Shown here: positions 40,408-57,453 of the stretch, in pieces | How positions within the stretch are numbered: the first letter of the stretch is position 1 | How the letters are laid out: each line of letters starts with the position of its first letter | NCBI GenBank assembly: GCA_973851085.1 | Contig: OZ316776.1 | Coordinates: forward strand, 9,486,001-9,550,000 | Length of the DNA stretch: 64,000 bases | Direction of reading: 5' to 3' | Source: Ptychomitrium polyphyllum | Lineage: Eukaryota | Made by a program: the position numbers and the translations under genes | Notes under the pieces: model-generated | Seen by the model: the letters and a program-made list of their open reading frames with translations, nothing else | What the model was told of the DNA's origin: nothing | Database searches by the model: none

Positions 40408-42057
40408 ATGAGGATCTTTAAGTATCCTACTTGAATCTTTCTGCATCCTCGAAGAAACGGGCGATTGTTAGCTTGGCAATGCTGCTGTGTTTAGAATTGG
40501 TCATTTCTCTATCGTTTTTTCTGCCTTTGCTGGTACAAACTGCCTCTATCGACCCTAGGTCGATTGATGTCGGTTCCAACAGCCGTTATCCGCAAGTACT
40601 TTTCCGCACTGCACTTCACTTTCAGCCTCCCCGAAATTGGATGAATGCTAAGCAATTCTGAATGAAGCTTCATCAGCTTCAAGTTATGTGTACAGAGTTT
40701 TGAGGCAATCATCTACAAGGTTGAGTTCTGAACAATTAAATTCTGGGGAAAATCAATTTTGCTTGAATTGAGTGTAACAAACATTTCCTCCTAGCCCTAA
40801 TTTTTCAGTGTTCTCACATGGACGGCTGGGCCTTGTCTTCCAACTCTACAGATCCCAATGGTGCGTCCCCTTCCCTTCCACTTCGTCCATTTGTACATTC
40901 TTATCAAGCACATCTTGAACATTCTGCTCTTTAGGGTTGCACATTTGGGCTGAACCTATATGCTGAAGTCTAGTTATAGGAATCAAATTTTCGGTGGAAT
41001 AAAGTGTCACTTTAGCTGTGCTGGCCAAGCTAATGCATTATTCTCACGTGAGTATTAGTTACTCACAAGGCCCAGTGCTTATTGCACATACAGGTAGATG
41101 TGGAGATCACGTTCGAGTATCCCGACGTATCGAAAGTGAGTTTTTACAACGATAGCCACACGGTTGTCCCATCCGACTGTAACAAAGGAGGATCAGCCCA
41201 GCGAGGTATGGACCGTTTGGGCTCCTAGTCATGGCAGACGATGTCTTGCAGGAGCAGACTGCAGTTTTCTTTTACATTTCTCACTCCTAATACCAACACC
41301 ACGCCGCCAACTTTTGCAGTGACCAGAGCAGGTTAGGCCTGTTTCGAGCTTGTCCAGCTCTTGTGGGGCTGTGATGTTGTGTGGAGCCAATGTGTGCCGG
41401 TATGCACCTGCTACTCCCTTGTGTGATCACTGTTTTACGCTATGTATTCTCACAGCGCAAGGAAACTCCAAGGCAGAAGTTTTGTGGACTTATTAATATA
41501 AATAATGAGTTGTGCAATGTGCAGATCTTCTTCACTGGATGGTGTCGATGCCACTACGTATTGGAGAAGCGTCCGTGTCTTACCTTCAGAAGATTTTTTT
41601 ATCCCTGCACTGTTCTGGTGAATCTCTTCTCCCTGTTGTTGGTTTTTCGGCAATGATTGTTTCAATATTTGTGCTCGAAGGTTCCATGTGCATTGGTGTC
41701 TTCTCTGCTTGAATGAGGCCCCTTTCCCTGCAGTATTTGTCACTCTCATTTGGGACAAGGTTGGTGCTAGTTTGGGATTAGAAAACAGTCTGTTGTTGTT
41801 TACTAGATTTCGTTTCTAAAGGCTTATAAGAACTTGCCTAATATAATCGGTTATAATCGGTTTCTTTGCATCAGGTGGACCACTCTATTGTTGAGAGTTT
41901 TGTGCAAGGTGGGCGCATGGCAATCACATCTTGCGTTTATGCAACAAAGGCCGTGAAAAACCAAGCTCATGTTTTCTTCTTCAACAATGGTAGTACTCAA
42001 ATCATTGTGAGAAAACTTTGTCTTTGCCAAATGATTGATGTTGATGCATCCATGTAG
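40408..42057 (+). pseudogene. GH32 acid (vacuolar-type) invertase pseudogene
   Basis: Contains a hydrophobic anchor, FRTALHFQPPRNWMN, the 9-nt mini-exon ATCCCAATG (40852-40860), GPFGLLVMADDVLQEQTAVFF, FCSDQSRSS and VDHSIVESFVQGGRMAITSCVY. Lesions: CT instead of GT at the 40648 donor, missing catalytic exon(s), frameshifts and an in-frame TAA near 41288. The start position is uncertain. Confidence 0.88.
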
Positions 42058-43035
42058 ATACCTTATATATTTATTTAGTACCTTCGAAACGTTAGAGTTC
42101 CTAATACAAATATATAATGTATAAATGTTTGGAATGCCTCACTAATGATAGGTGTAACTTGATGCTACTCTTTAATCTTAAGAATTTTATTTTTTAATTT
42201 TGATATTGATATTGGATATATAATTTTATAAAGAAACTTATTGAAGTTTCTTATGAAAGTAAAAACTTTGATGCAAATGTCTTTAACTAAAATCATTTGA
42301 AATATTATTTTTTTCAAAAATAATGTCATAATGAATGCAATTGATCAATTGGACTATAGAATTAAAATTTTGAATTTTATGGTATGTTTTGTCAATTAGT
42401 ATGAATTTATTTTTTAATCAATTCAACAAATTACAATAATTTCAAATTTCACCAAATTTTCTACCACCCTTTCGTACTAGCAAAAACCAACTCATAACTC
42501 TTCCAACTTATATCCAAAAAAATTTCTTTTTTACCAAATGTCATGTAAACCTTTAAAGTTATCCCTTTAGTCATTTCATTCAAAAACTACAACAGCCCTC
42601 TAACTCCTAGCTTTAGCTTCATACCTTAATTTGAAATGAAATCTCCTATATCCTCCAGAAAAACTACGAATCAAAAGCATCTCTAATTCCGATTCGAGCA
42701 TCAAAGATTCTGATTCTCGGGAAGGCAGCCCGTCAGGTGCGCACGAAAGAAATTTGGAAGAAAAGGAGACAAGAAAAGGAAAAGAAAAAGCAGAGGGAGC
42801 GCGACGAGAAGGCAGCGTGGCAACACACACACACACAGCGGATGAGCTTCGCAGGCATCGTCGCTGCAACGCAATCCACATTTTCGCAGCTCTCGGCTCG
42901 TCGATTCCCAAGTTTCCGAGTTTCTGTCCTAGCGATGGCAACCTCGGCGTTCTGAGAAGAGGCTGAGCCTGACAGCAGGACGAGCGAGCGACGGTGTCGC
43001 TGTGGTTGGGTGAGTTTTGGTGCAGTGTGGCGGCG

Positions 43036-45159
43036 ATGGGGGTGCTTCCCTGCGCCATAGCCGCTGGTGGTGCTGCTGCTGCTGCTGCTGTGGCGTCGTC
43101 GTCGTCGCCGCGGAGCGTTCTTTCCCACCGTACGTCATCTGCCGGAGCGCACCGTTACAGCGTTGGAAGCTGTTTCGCAGCGAGGAGTGATGTTGGTTTT
43201 CATGCGTGCGGTCGTGGGAAGGGTTTAGGGAGGATGGGGTGGGGTGGGGGGCGTGGTAGGCGGCGAGTGCGTGCGAGGAGTGGCGGTGACGGGGGAGGGG
43301 AGGAGGGAGGGGATGAGGAAGGAGAGGAGGAGAATTCAGGGAGAGTGGAGGTGGAGGTGTCGCCGACCGTGATGAAGCAGCTGGAAGCCGGGGGGAAGAA
43401 GGAGGACCGGACAGGGTTGAGCGTGATGGAGCTTCTGGAGGGGGTTGTGAAGGCGGGGGGGAGGAAGGCGGAGGACCAGAAAGGAAGTGGATTGAGCTTG
43501 ATAGAGCAGAACATAAAGAAGCGGCGGGAGAGGTTTGGGAGCGAGGGGCAATTGGAGAGCAGCACCAAGCCGGCGGTGCCGTTGTCGTTCGACGTGGATG
43601 CGCGGAACGACGAGAATCGGTTCGACGGGGCGTATTTCGCTCGTCTGGAGGAGCTCGGGGAGGAGACGCTGGAGATCAACACGTTAGATGACTTTTACCC
43701 TGCTTTTATAATTCTCATCACGGATGCGTTGTTGGAGCTCGGGGATTTGATGAAAATGCTGGGCGATGGGGAGTTTTTTTCCACGCAGGCTATGTTGCGA
43801 GCCTCTCGTTTCCCGGTGCAGAAGAGCTCGTCTGGTTTGAAAGGGTTTCCGGAGGACGCTCAGCTGCGGAGGTCGCTTGAGAATATCCTCGTTCATGTAC
43901 AAGCACTCTCGTTTTACATTTCCTCGTTGTTTGCTGGCCCTGATGGTGTGTTGTTGAACACCGATGAGAGTTTGATCACTGAGGCGGACTTGCTGTATAA
44001 TATGTATTATAAATATAAGCACAAGGAGACTCTGACTGTTCCGCTGGATGAGAAGGAGCTAGGGGAGCAGGTATTGAGTGCGAATGGGTTCGCTATAATA
44101 GGGAAAGCGGTGCGATGTCGGCAGGGTGTTATATTCCCCGGGAATTGGACCAAGACGCCAGCTCTTGCTCGCCAGGAGATGCAGAAGATTTTAGATGACA
44201 GATATCAGGGACTGGTTGCAATTTTGTTAGATAAAGTACCCGGCACTGATGAGAGCGGAGTGATAATTGCGCATAAGAACGAGCTTTTGTCGTTCACTTT
44301 GCCGGAGAAGGGGGATGTCATACTTTCGAGTAGCCTTATGTTTGGCGTCTTGGTTGGTACTCTGCAATTCGCGAATGCAGATGTGGGGTTCGATCAGGTG
44401 TACTTGCAGGGGGCTCTTGTGCCGCTCGGATTGTTTGGAGTCACTGCCGGTGGATGGTTAGTAAGAAAGGCGGTGGCTACACTGTACAAAGTGTCGCACA
44501 TGGTTAGGTTGCCGTTCTCGTTACCAGTTCCACATCAAGGCTCTTTTAGCACCGTCGTTTACTATAAGGGTTGTTTACCAGATAGAAAAACTCTAATAGA
44601 CCTTTCGTTGTTAAGCGCCTTCGTCTCCTTAGGAATCTCTGGAGCCCTTATAGCGGCAAGTTTCACATCCTGGGGGTCTTCGACCTCATCAGTGGCTGAT
44701 TTCCAAGGCTTGTTATTGGTACCAGAACAATTATTTTCATATTCGAGTGCTTTCACATGGCTAGTTCACAAGCTTTCAATAACAACCCTAAGTGGCGAAG
44801 TTGGAGAGGATTTAAATCTGGTGCTCAGCCCCCTTGCATTGGCTGGTGTTCTTGGTCTTCATTCTACAGCCTTGGGGTTGCTCCCGGTGGGTATATTCGA
44901 TGGAGGCCGCATTGTGACTGGGATACTCGGTCGAGATGTGCAGCATATGATATCGACAGGCACCTTCTTTCTGGTGACGATTGCTTTGGCTATCAAGGAG
45001 CCTTGGTTGTCATTTGCATGGGTTGTTGGCACAACTCCAGCATTGATGGATGATTGGTTTCAGATTGATGAAGCCACACAACCTAGCTTCATTCGGAAGG
45101 CTGTTGGATTAGCCATGGTGTTTGCTGCCGTTTGTGCATTCGTTCCACCATTAACCTGA
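43036..45159 (+). CDS. Intronless EGY-like / peptidase M50 (S2P) membrane protein, probably plastid-targeted and catalytically inactive
   Basis: 707 aa from the ATG at 43036. It has a Ser/Arg/Ala-rich transit-like N-terminus and the motifs GVIFPGN, LPFSLP..HQGSF, LPDRKTLIDLSL, LSPLALAGVLGL and LGLLPVGIFDGGRI, plus several transmembrane stretches. There is no HExxH. Confidence 0.8.
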   Translation: MGVLPCAIAAGGAAAAAAVASSSSPRSVLSHRTSSAGAHRYSVGSCFAARSDVGFHACGRGKGLGRMGWGGGRGRRRVRARSGGDGGGEEGGDEEGEEENSGRVEVEVSPTVMKQLEAGGKKEDRTGLSVMELLEGVVKAGGRKAEDQKGSGLSLIEQNIKKRRERFGSEGQLESSTKPAVPLSFDVDARNDENRFDGAYFARLEELGEETLEINTLDDFYPAFIILITDALLELGDLMKMLGDGEFFSTQAMLRASRFPVQKSSSGLKGFPEDAQLRRSLENILVHVQALSFYISSLFAGPDGVLLNTDESLITEADLLYNMYYKYKHKETLTVPLDEKELGEQVLSANGFAIIGKAVRCRQGVIFPGNWTKTPALARQEMQKILDDRYQGLVAILLDKVPGTDESGVIIAHKNELLSFTLPEKGDVILSSSLMFGVLVGTLQFANADVGFDQVYLQGALVPLGLFGVTAGGWLVRKAVATLYKVSHMVRLPFSLPVPHQGSFSTVVYYKGCLPDRKTLIDLSLLSAFVSLGISGALIAASFTSWGSSTSSVADFQGLLLVPEQLFSYSSAFTWLVHKLSITTLSGEVGEDLNLVLSPLALAGVLGLHSTALGLLPVGIFDGGRIVTGILGRDVQHMISTGTFFLVTIALAIKEPWLSFAWVVGTTPALMDDWFQIDEATQPSFIRKAVGLAMVFAAVCAFVPPLT

Positions 45160-46568
45160 TGAGATTAACTTTGTAGTTATATTTGTCGAGCCCACATTTT
45201 TTACTTCCCAGTGAATTTCAAGATACAGTATTTGTTAAACATTTTACTGTGGAAGGTGTTCTAGAACAGAATTTCTGGAACGGAGAACAACCTGCAAATG
45301 CTTACTGAGGACAGGATTATACTTATTGTAGGTGATGGTGTTCATATTGGACCCGCTTGGGATGAACATCCATCACGGATATACTGTATACTCATACTAG
45401 TTCAGGCATGAACTCTGTCGTTTCTGCGGCTTTGCAAGTCATTCACGAAATCTCTTATTTTGAGATCTACTGTCTTATGGCCACTTGGTTTTGGGTTTGG
45501 TGTTTGGGGAGTTGAACAAAAAAAATCTAGAACATGAAGCTCAACATATACTCCTTGTTTCTTTCTCTTTCTTTGTGACCTGGTCTCTCTCAGTTCAATG
45601 AGTGAATGGGCAAAAATTTCTTAGAATTTTATTGTTTTATTTTTTCTTTGACCTTGAGATATGTATAATTTGGTACCTTCTACTGGAAACTTCTTTTTTC
45701 CATATGTGGGTATTTCTCCATGTCAGCATCGTGATTCAGAAACTGCTGCGTTGGTGTATACGTTACTACAGGTATTTCCTGCTCACTTTGAACCTTATCA
45801 TATACACGAAATGCTAGCAGTGAAGTGAATAACATATCAACTTCTTGTTGTGTTCGTTAGATACTCTAGAAAATCTTCAAATCTCTGGGGTGAGTGATGG
45901 AGTTTTGCAAAAGTTGACTTCGCATGTAAAGCTTCAGCATTGCACTCATTACTTCTTTGAGTGTACAACGCAGTTGTGAATGTTGTAGCACATTTTATTA
46001 ATTTTGGGGAACTGTAACCATATTATTAGGTATGCTAACTTGCTTCTAGTATGGTGTGAGATGCAAAATTGAAGTACTAGTGGTGTACGTTAATCACGGG
46101 ATTGGTAATGGTATAATGTTCAATATTTATTCCACCCTCAATCCATTACTGCATAACATTCTGGAACCAGCGTTAGGGCTGCCCTCCACATAGAAACAAT
46201 ATACAAATTAAATTTAGAACTTGTTGGATTGTGCTTGACAAATGGTCTACAATAGATGGTCAACAACTGTAGGTTTAGGTGAACAATATAAATTTTAAGG
46301 AGGGCTTCTCATGATTGGTTCCCGAGTGTTATTGTAATTTGAGAATCTTCCAAAAGAAGACTAGCTAACAGTAAATTTCTCTCCACATTCTTGTTATGGA
46401 CACTTGATCCACTGCGTACCTGATTAGGCATACTGACAACAGCTTGGCCACTTGGACAAGGAATGTGCTCTACTGGAAAATGAACTTACATCTTTGCAAG
46501 GTTCACTGGGTGTTAAAGGAGCAGATGATGCAATGCGGAAAGGGTTTTAAGCAAGCATTCCTGCACTG

Positions 46569-46894
46569 ATGGACCCAGCCGTTTGGCGCAACTTGTTAGT
46601 GGAAGTGTTGTAGATGATCTTCGCTCGCCTGCCTCTGCGGCAGATCGCTAGCCTTCAATGTCTTTCCGAGGTATGGCGCTGGAATTTGAAGGCAAAAGAG
46701 TTTGGACTCAGGTAATTATGTGCAAGTGCTACTTCATCGAATCCAAAGATGTTCCCGTTGACGACGCCATGAATGAAATGGGGATTGTGTCGATCAAGTT
46801 ATTTGATGCCGAGGCACAGAAATGGCACTTTTCTGTTTATTACACTATCTTTCGACTTCCCGCCTCTTCCATCACTGCAGCCCTCTTTGAATGA
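46569..46894 (+). pseudogene. F-box protein pseudogene (5' part)
   Basis: Reads MDPAVWRNLLVEVL*MIFARLPLRQIASLQCLSEVWRWNL, with TAG at 46611-46613. Further stops and a frameshift lead into ...IKLFDAEAQKWH. Confidence 0.8.
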
Positions 46895-47162
46895 TTCATG
46901 ACGAAGTAGATTATGCATTGATAACGTCAAAGAGATCTATCGTTTCGAAGCAGTTTATTGTCAAAAATAAGATGACGGTGCACTGAATTTTCCAAAGTCT
47001 ATCTAGAATGCAGCATCTAGACCCGCATCCTCAAACTCCATATTGCCCCCAGATCCAGTCTTCAGCTCCACTTACACTCCTCAATCCCTCCCAGGCTCAT
47101 AAACAAAACCTCTAAATATCTTCGTTTCCACGACCGGATTCTAAGAACTGTTTGCATTGCAG

Positions 47163-47800
47163 ATGGCGGAATGTGCATTTTCCAAGTGCTCTGAAGGTGG
47201 GTCCGGATCGAAGAAGCGCAATCCACAGATTGGCTAACTTTGTCCGACTTCTTGAAGAATTAACCACAAGTGCAATTTGCTTGAGGTCGCTAATGTTGAT
47301 ATTAAGTTGGCGTTGACTGGTGATCAGTTTTCCAAAATGTGATATAATAGGTCCGATGTTGGAGGAGCCACTGAAAGGTGTGTGTTTGCATGGTGGCGAC
47401 TTGTATTTTCGGAGGGGGTGAAAGTGTCGGAGCTTTCAACTTCAAGAGGTCCAGAACCTCGCCAGCATCAACTACAGACGATGTCGGCTCCAACAAGCGT
47501 TCGAGATGCAAGTTAGATTCCATCTAAATGTTGTAGTCTGTCAAAGTGCATCCAGTCTCCAACTGCTTGCCTGTGAAGACTAACTTGGAGGAACTTCTTC
47601 CTTGGACTTGCTTCCTCGTCGGTTGCAAGACAAGGAATTCCGATTACGAAAGTGCACATTCTGAGCCTCAAAGCAGTCACTACCTTTCCTACCCTACAAG
47701 CTCAATAGCAAGTCTTACGATATGTTTGTAATTTGGAGGTACTAAACTCCCAGACAAGGTGGCGGTTGGAGGTATGAGAATGGATGTTTGCACTTGCAAG
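47163..47800 (+). pseudogene. Second, more decayed F-box(-kelch-like) relic
   Basis: ttgcag|ATG gives MAECAFSKCSEGGSGSKKRNPQI, followed by frameshifted traces (LLEEL, SWR*LV, TWR.L.P, S.T.W) typical of plant F-box/kelch-like proteins. Confidence 0.4.
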
Positions 47801-48966
47801 AGGTGGTAGAACATCATATTCATTATAATGGAAAATTTTAAAGTTTCAAAATAATTTTAGGAATGAAGTGGACTCAAAATGGGTTATGTTTTGAATGATG
47901 ATTATCATGTTTTGGAAGTTATGTAGCAAAAAATTTATTAATAGATGAGCCACAATTGCTGAAAATCACTGGATTTGTAGATGAGATTTGTAGAATTGAG
48001 CTGAATTTCTTAATCCAAAAAAGGTATCATTCTAATTCTAAAACTGTTATTTTGTCCCATTATGATGAATATAATGTTGTAGGCTTCATTGGGATGAATA
48101 GGTAACCAAGCTATTGATACATATGATGTAGCACTAGTAAGGGTTCAACAATAAAGTATGTTAATTTCTACTGCCTATTGTAATTGCCAAGAATTAATTA
48201 AATTGAATTCTTTTGTCAAACTTATGGACTATGGCATCTATTGCAACTACTTTGTGAAAGTTGTGTATATGTGCTTCTACAACTTTGCTATACTATAAGT
48301 GCTTTTGTATTATGCTACAAAAAAACATAGATGAAGAAATTTGCAGTTATTTAGTTTCATTCATTAGGAGCATGTACTACTACAACTTTGTTGAATTACA
48401 ACTTCTATCTTATTATATTAACTAAAGTGCAAAAAATAATACAAGTGAAGAGATTGCAAGAAGGTTTTATTAATGTTTAGAAGCAACAAATGTTGGTGAT
48501 ATGGGCTCCAACCTGCATTCACAACCTTATTCTTGTGAATTCTCCTTGAAGACTATTTTGATATTTGCATGCTCTTATGAACTTCAAAAACCATATAAAA
48601 ATCTATTTTACTTTGTATTATATTTTATTGTTAATATTGCAATTCCTATGTTGATCATATTTTATGGCTCTAATTAAATCCATATAACTTCTGTACATAT
48701 GGTGTGACTTATGTACTTAGCCTATATACTCTAAAAATCAAGTTAATTTGTGGTAGTAAAAATATATGCTAAATGTAGAACTATTATAATAAGGAACATA
48801 ATGATATAATGCAAATTAAAAGATCTAAGCATCTCCAAAAGATTACTGAAGAAGCTACTTTGATTTTAAAATGTTTTGACGAGTTAAAAAAGCTTCCAAA
48901 GGAGCAACATAAGGTTGCTTATATAAAAAGCATCTATTTGGTAGCCTTATTAGAAGCACTCTTGGT

Positions 48967-49650
48967 TTAATATATGTATTTTTTTTCTTGACTATTGTCA
49001 ATTTTGTAGCCTAACTTTCTACAATACAAGTCCAAGCCTTCTTTGCAATAATAATTCTTTTCTTGTTTTGAAAAAAGGTCTAAAACAAACCGCGTCAATA
49101 TGCATATCTTCAACTTCCATTTGGATATTGGAATTAAATGACATTGATGTTGCCAAGTAGTTGGTGTAAAATTGTAGTAGGATTGAAGAGCGTCTATTTT
49201 ATCTTTGTTGAAATCTTGTCTAATTGATTGGCACATTTCATTGTTGAATTAATTTCTTCATTAGAATTTTGAAAGTTATCCCAATTGATGTTATACACAT
49301 ATTGACAAAGTTTTATGCATATGCTAATGTTGAATGTATTTTTTGACTTAAGGCACAAAGCTTAGCTGTTGCTAAGTATATCTTGTTATAGTCATCAAAT
49401 ACTATTATAAAAGCATCAAAGTTGGTCAACTCAAGAGAGTTTTTTTCTAAGAGTGGAGCAAACTAGAAAAAAACTTGTTCTAAGAGCAATGTTTCTACCA
49501 ACTTAATATGTAATGGTTCTATTAATTGTTGTTGTAGTGGAAGCAAAGTGATCAACCGCACTTGGTTAACAAAGTCTTAGAAATTAAAATATATATCATT
49601 GAACTTTTTTAAAAGGCTAATCCTTGGCTCCTTGACTCTTGAGCTATTAC
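48967..49650 (-). mobile_element. Ty3/Gypsy LTR-retrotransposon gag relic
   Basis: Reads RVKEPRISLLKKFND...F*DFVNQVRLITLL...LVETLL..Q...*FAPLLEKNS..LTNFDAFI...ATAKLCALSQ...AYA...INWD. It ends in a decayed zinc knuckle SKQEKNYYCKEGLDLYCRKLGYKIDNSQ (cf. LCLYCGxPGHxxxNCP). Confidence 0.75.
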
Positions 49651-50843
49651 TTTGAAGGAGCAATCTATTTACTTGAATTTTGATAGATATTGCTATTTGT
49701 GGCATAATGGCTTTAAGAACCATTTACTATGCTTGTTGAAATGTTGTTGGTCTTTGGCTGCCATAAAATGCCAAATGCAACTACTCATTCCATTTTGCTA
49801 TTGTCCCCGTTGTAATCGTTAGGATTTTAAGAACATTCTTGATTAAAGTTAACTTTGAGTTTGACATGATGACTTCTTCACCTTCAATCATATTAAAAGA
49901 AGATAGTAATAAAAATAGATTCCATGTAGGCACTTTGAATATGCAAGCTAATTTATCTTTGTTTATTTTTCTTGCCATATTTAATAAAGAATATAACCTT
50001 ATGGAGCTATTTGTAGATTTTGATATTAAATTGGCTATAGGTTTGGAGGTCACACTCAAGTTCAAGCAATACATTCATGTAGATATGACTTGGTGTCCAA
50101 TCAAGCAACTCAATGTCACCGTCACCTTTGTATATCTTGAACATCTTGAACAATCACCTTAACATTTGCGGTTGTTTTAGCCAACTCCATTAAGATGTTG
50201 CTTTCATTAGTGATAAGGATTTGAGGAGGGTGGGACATGTGCACTTACTCATTTGAAGATGACTTTGTCATTATGAGCATTCATGTCAGTTGATTCTTAG
50301 TCCCAATAAATATGCTGGTTGCATGCGTGAAATCCTCCATTTCCAATGTCAGTTTTCATGGAGCGTTGGAGATGCAATGTATTTGCCAATAAATATCTAA
50401 ATACAACATACCTCAATTCCATCAGAGAAAAGAGACATGTAGATCCATAATCAGCATCTCATCCATTTGAAGATGTAGAACCTAAACAGAATTCATAAAT
50501 TGCCTCAATGCCTCACAATCCCGGGCATTATCAGGACATGATCAATTTTAAGCCTGCCGTTACTTCTCAATATGATTGCTCTAATCCGTTTGCTGAGTAT
50601 GAGACTTTTCCAAGAACCTAAAAAGGACTGCTTCAATGGTCATGTCGATATCCTACAAAGCCTAGGCCCAGCTGCATCTACTTCGTCTCAAATCGTCCAA
50701 ACTAAGAAGCTTCCTTAAAAGCAAATGGAACACGTATGGAGTTGACGCTCTACACAGCACATTTACATAAATGCTGGCAGGAGGTATGCTGTTATGCCAC
50801 TACGTGAGTGCAACTATTGAAACACTACCTCCGTAATTAACAT

Positions 50844-55643
<4,800 letters not shown>

Positions 55644-56955
55644 GGCCCCAAAGCGCAGAATACAAAATCAGCAACACTACATCAGAGAGGAGAGCGCTTA
55701 TAAGGAACCATCATGAAAGATTCATGCAACAGAGTCCCGAGTGAAAGGTCAGCAGAAGACCAGCAAACTAGGGATTCCTCTGTCCTCGAGAAACGTCCAC
55801 TTTACTTCAGAGTCTTTACTTTCAAGGATTCTATGACAGGGCGATGGCTTAAAATTGCATCCACGCCTGTCCGCAACGGTGTCCTGACATCATGGTCCTC
55901 TAGTGGCGTGCAAAACCCTCCATGTGGTCTCGAATTCCTCATGATCGCGCTATCGTCCAGTCCATGATTCACACGTACTGATCCATGGGATGGTTTTTCT
56001 GAGGGCTGATTGTCACAGTTTTCTTGTTCCCAAAACATGGAAGCGGATTTTCTCGGATGGTCTTAAAGGATTTGCGGTTTCCACTATGGATTAGGAAGTG
56101 TACATTGTGACGTTGGATGCAAGAGAAGGTTGGCTGTTCGGGGTGCAATTCTGATTTTCTGATGCACTTGAAAGGTATGATTGTACTGCATAGCGGGTTC
56201 TGTTCTGGGTCTGCAGGCTGCTCTTGCTCGCCGTCATGTACAGCGAAGGAGAGTCTCTGCAGCATCATGATCTCTGCGTGATCGATGGATGTATGCAGAG
56301 GCACAATTCCTGGCCGCTTGACTCGATTTTCGAATCTCCTAAGCTAGTCCAGAAAAGTTCGGTTTATGGAGTTTGAGAACCGGATTACGAGATCTCTCTG
56401 AACCCTAAATCCGAAACGCTTACTATCTTACAAAAAACCTTGTGTCATTTCTTCGTCTGGCATCAGCTCCGGTGCCCCCAACATCAATGGAAGAGTGATA
56501 ATACAATCTTTCAATACATCACATCTGATGTTAACCATATCACGGGAGACTGTCAGCCACATCTGTAATAAATGCCACATACTGTAGATTAAACGGAAAT
56601 AGTGATGGTCATCTTCCCAGTTAATATCCTCATTTGTCACAGAAGCTCAAAGTCTCCCATGACTTTACCGTGCTCAGGAATTGATTAACACCAACACATG
56701 AAATGGACACCACTTGATGTGCATGTGAACAATTTCATCGTGACACCAAGAAAGAAGCTCTTCTCTTACGCCAAGCTCGGTCGGATCCACTTCTTCGTCA
56801 TTAAAACCCTAGACCCTGAATCTCCCCGTGACTGCCATATCTCTCTACTTCACGGCTCCATTAAACCATTCAGCCTATAACACACCCTCCATGGAAACCT
56901 ACCGTCACAACACCCATTTCACATGCTCCCATCACACACCAATTCGATCTCCACC

Positions 56956-57453
56956 ATGACAGGGCTCAAAAGATCAACCAACCTCGGTCTGATGTTCTTC
57001 ACGCTCATAGCAATGAGCTGTGTCTTCCGCATAATAAGTGCGGAAAACCACTCACCATCTCTGGTCCGGGGCAATCCGTCCCCAGCATTCGATTCATCCC
57101 CAGGGCTCACCAAGATGAGTTTCAACGAAGACTGGAGCTCTGGTGCTCCCATGACATGCACTTGTACCTGTCAACCAGCTCCCGAAGCGCCACCACAGGC
57201 ACCCTCGCAGCAGTCGCCTGGAGAAAGGAAGAGGTCGCCCCCTCCTGCTCCGTATTACCAGTCTCCCCCTCCCAGCCCTGTTTATGAGAGTCCTGCACCT
57301 CCTGCTGGCGACACCAAGTCTCCTGTGACGTTCTCCTCGCCACCTCCACCATCGCCGTATCACGACGCTCCTAGCTATGACCAACCCGCTCCTGTGGTGT
57401 CTGCGCCAGACACTTTCGTTCCAGCTTCTCCTCCACCATCCCCAGTTTACTAA
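56956..57453 (+). CDS. Secreted proline-rich extensin-like protein
   Basis: Hydrophobic signal LGLMFFTLIAMSCVFRIISA, a CTCTC motif, and SPPP(P) blocks with YY/VY/PY. The start may be 56923 or 56956. A TATA-like cctataa lies at ~56874. Confidence 0.7.
   Translation: MTGLKRSTNLGLMFFTLIAMSCVFRIISAENHSPSLVRGNPSPAFDSSPGLTKMSFNEDWSSGAPMTCTCTCQPAPEAPPQAPSQQSPGERKRSPPPAPYYQSPPPSPVYESPAPPAGDTKSPVTFSSPPPPSPYHDAPSYDQPAPVVSAPDTFVPASPPPSPVY

Noticed and set aside
42600..44022. Antisense and alternative-frame ORFs around the EGY-like gene
   Set aside because: Shadow ORFs of a GC-rich coding region and leader.
49781..50340. Possible TIR-like or other gene relic on the minus strand
   Set aside because: Resemblance is too weak to support a call.
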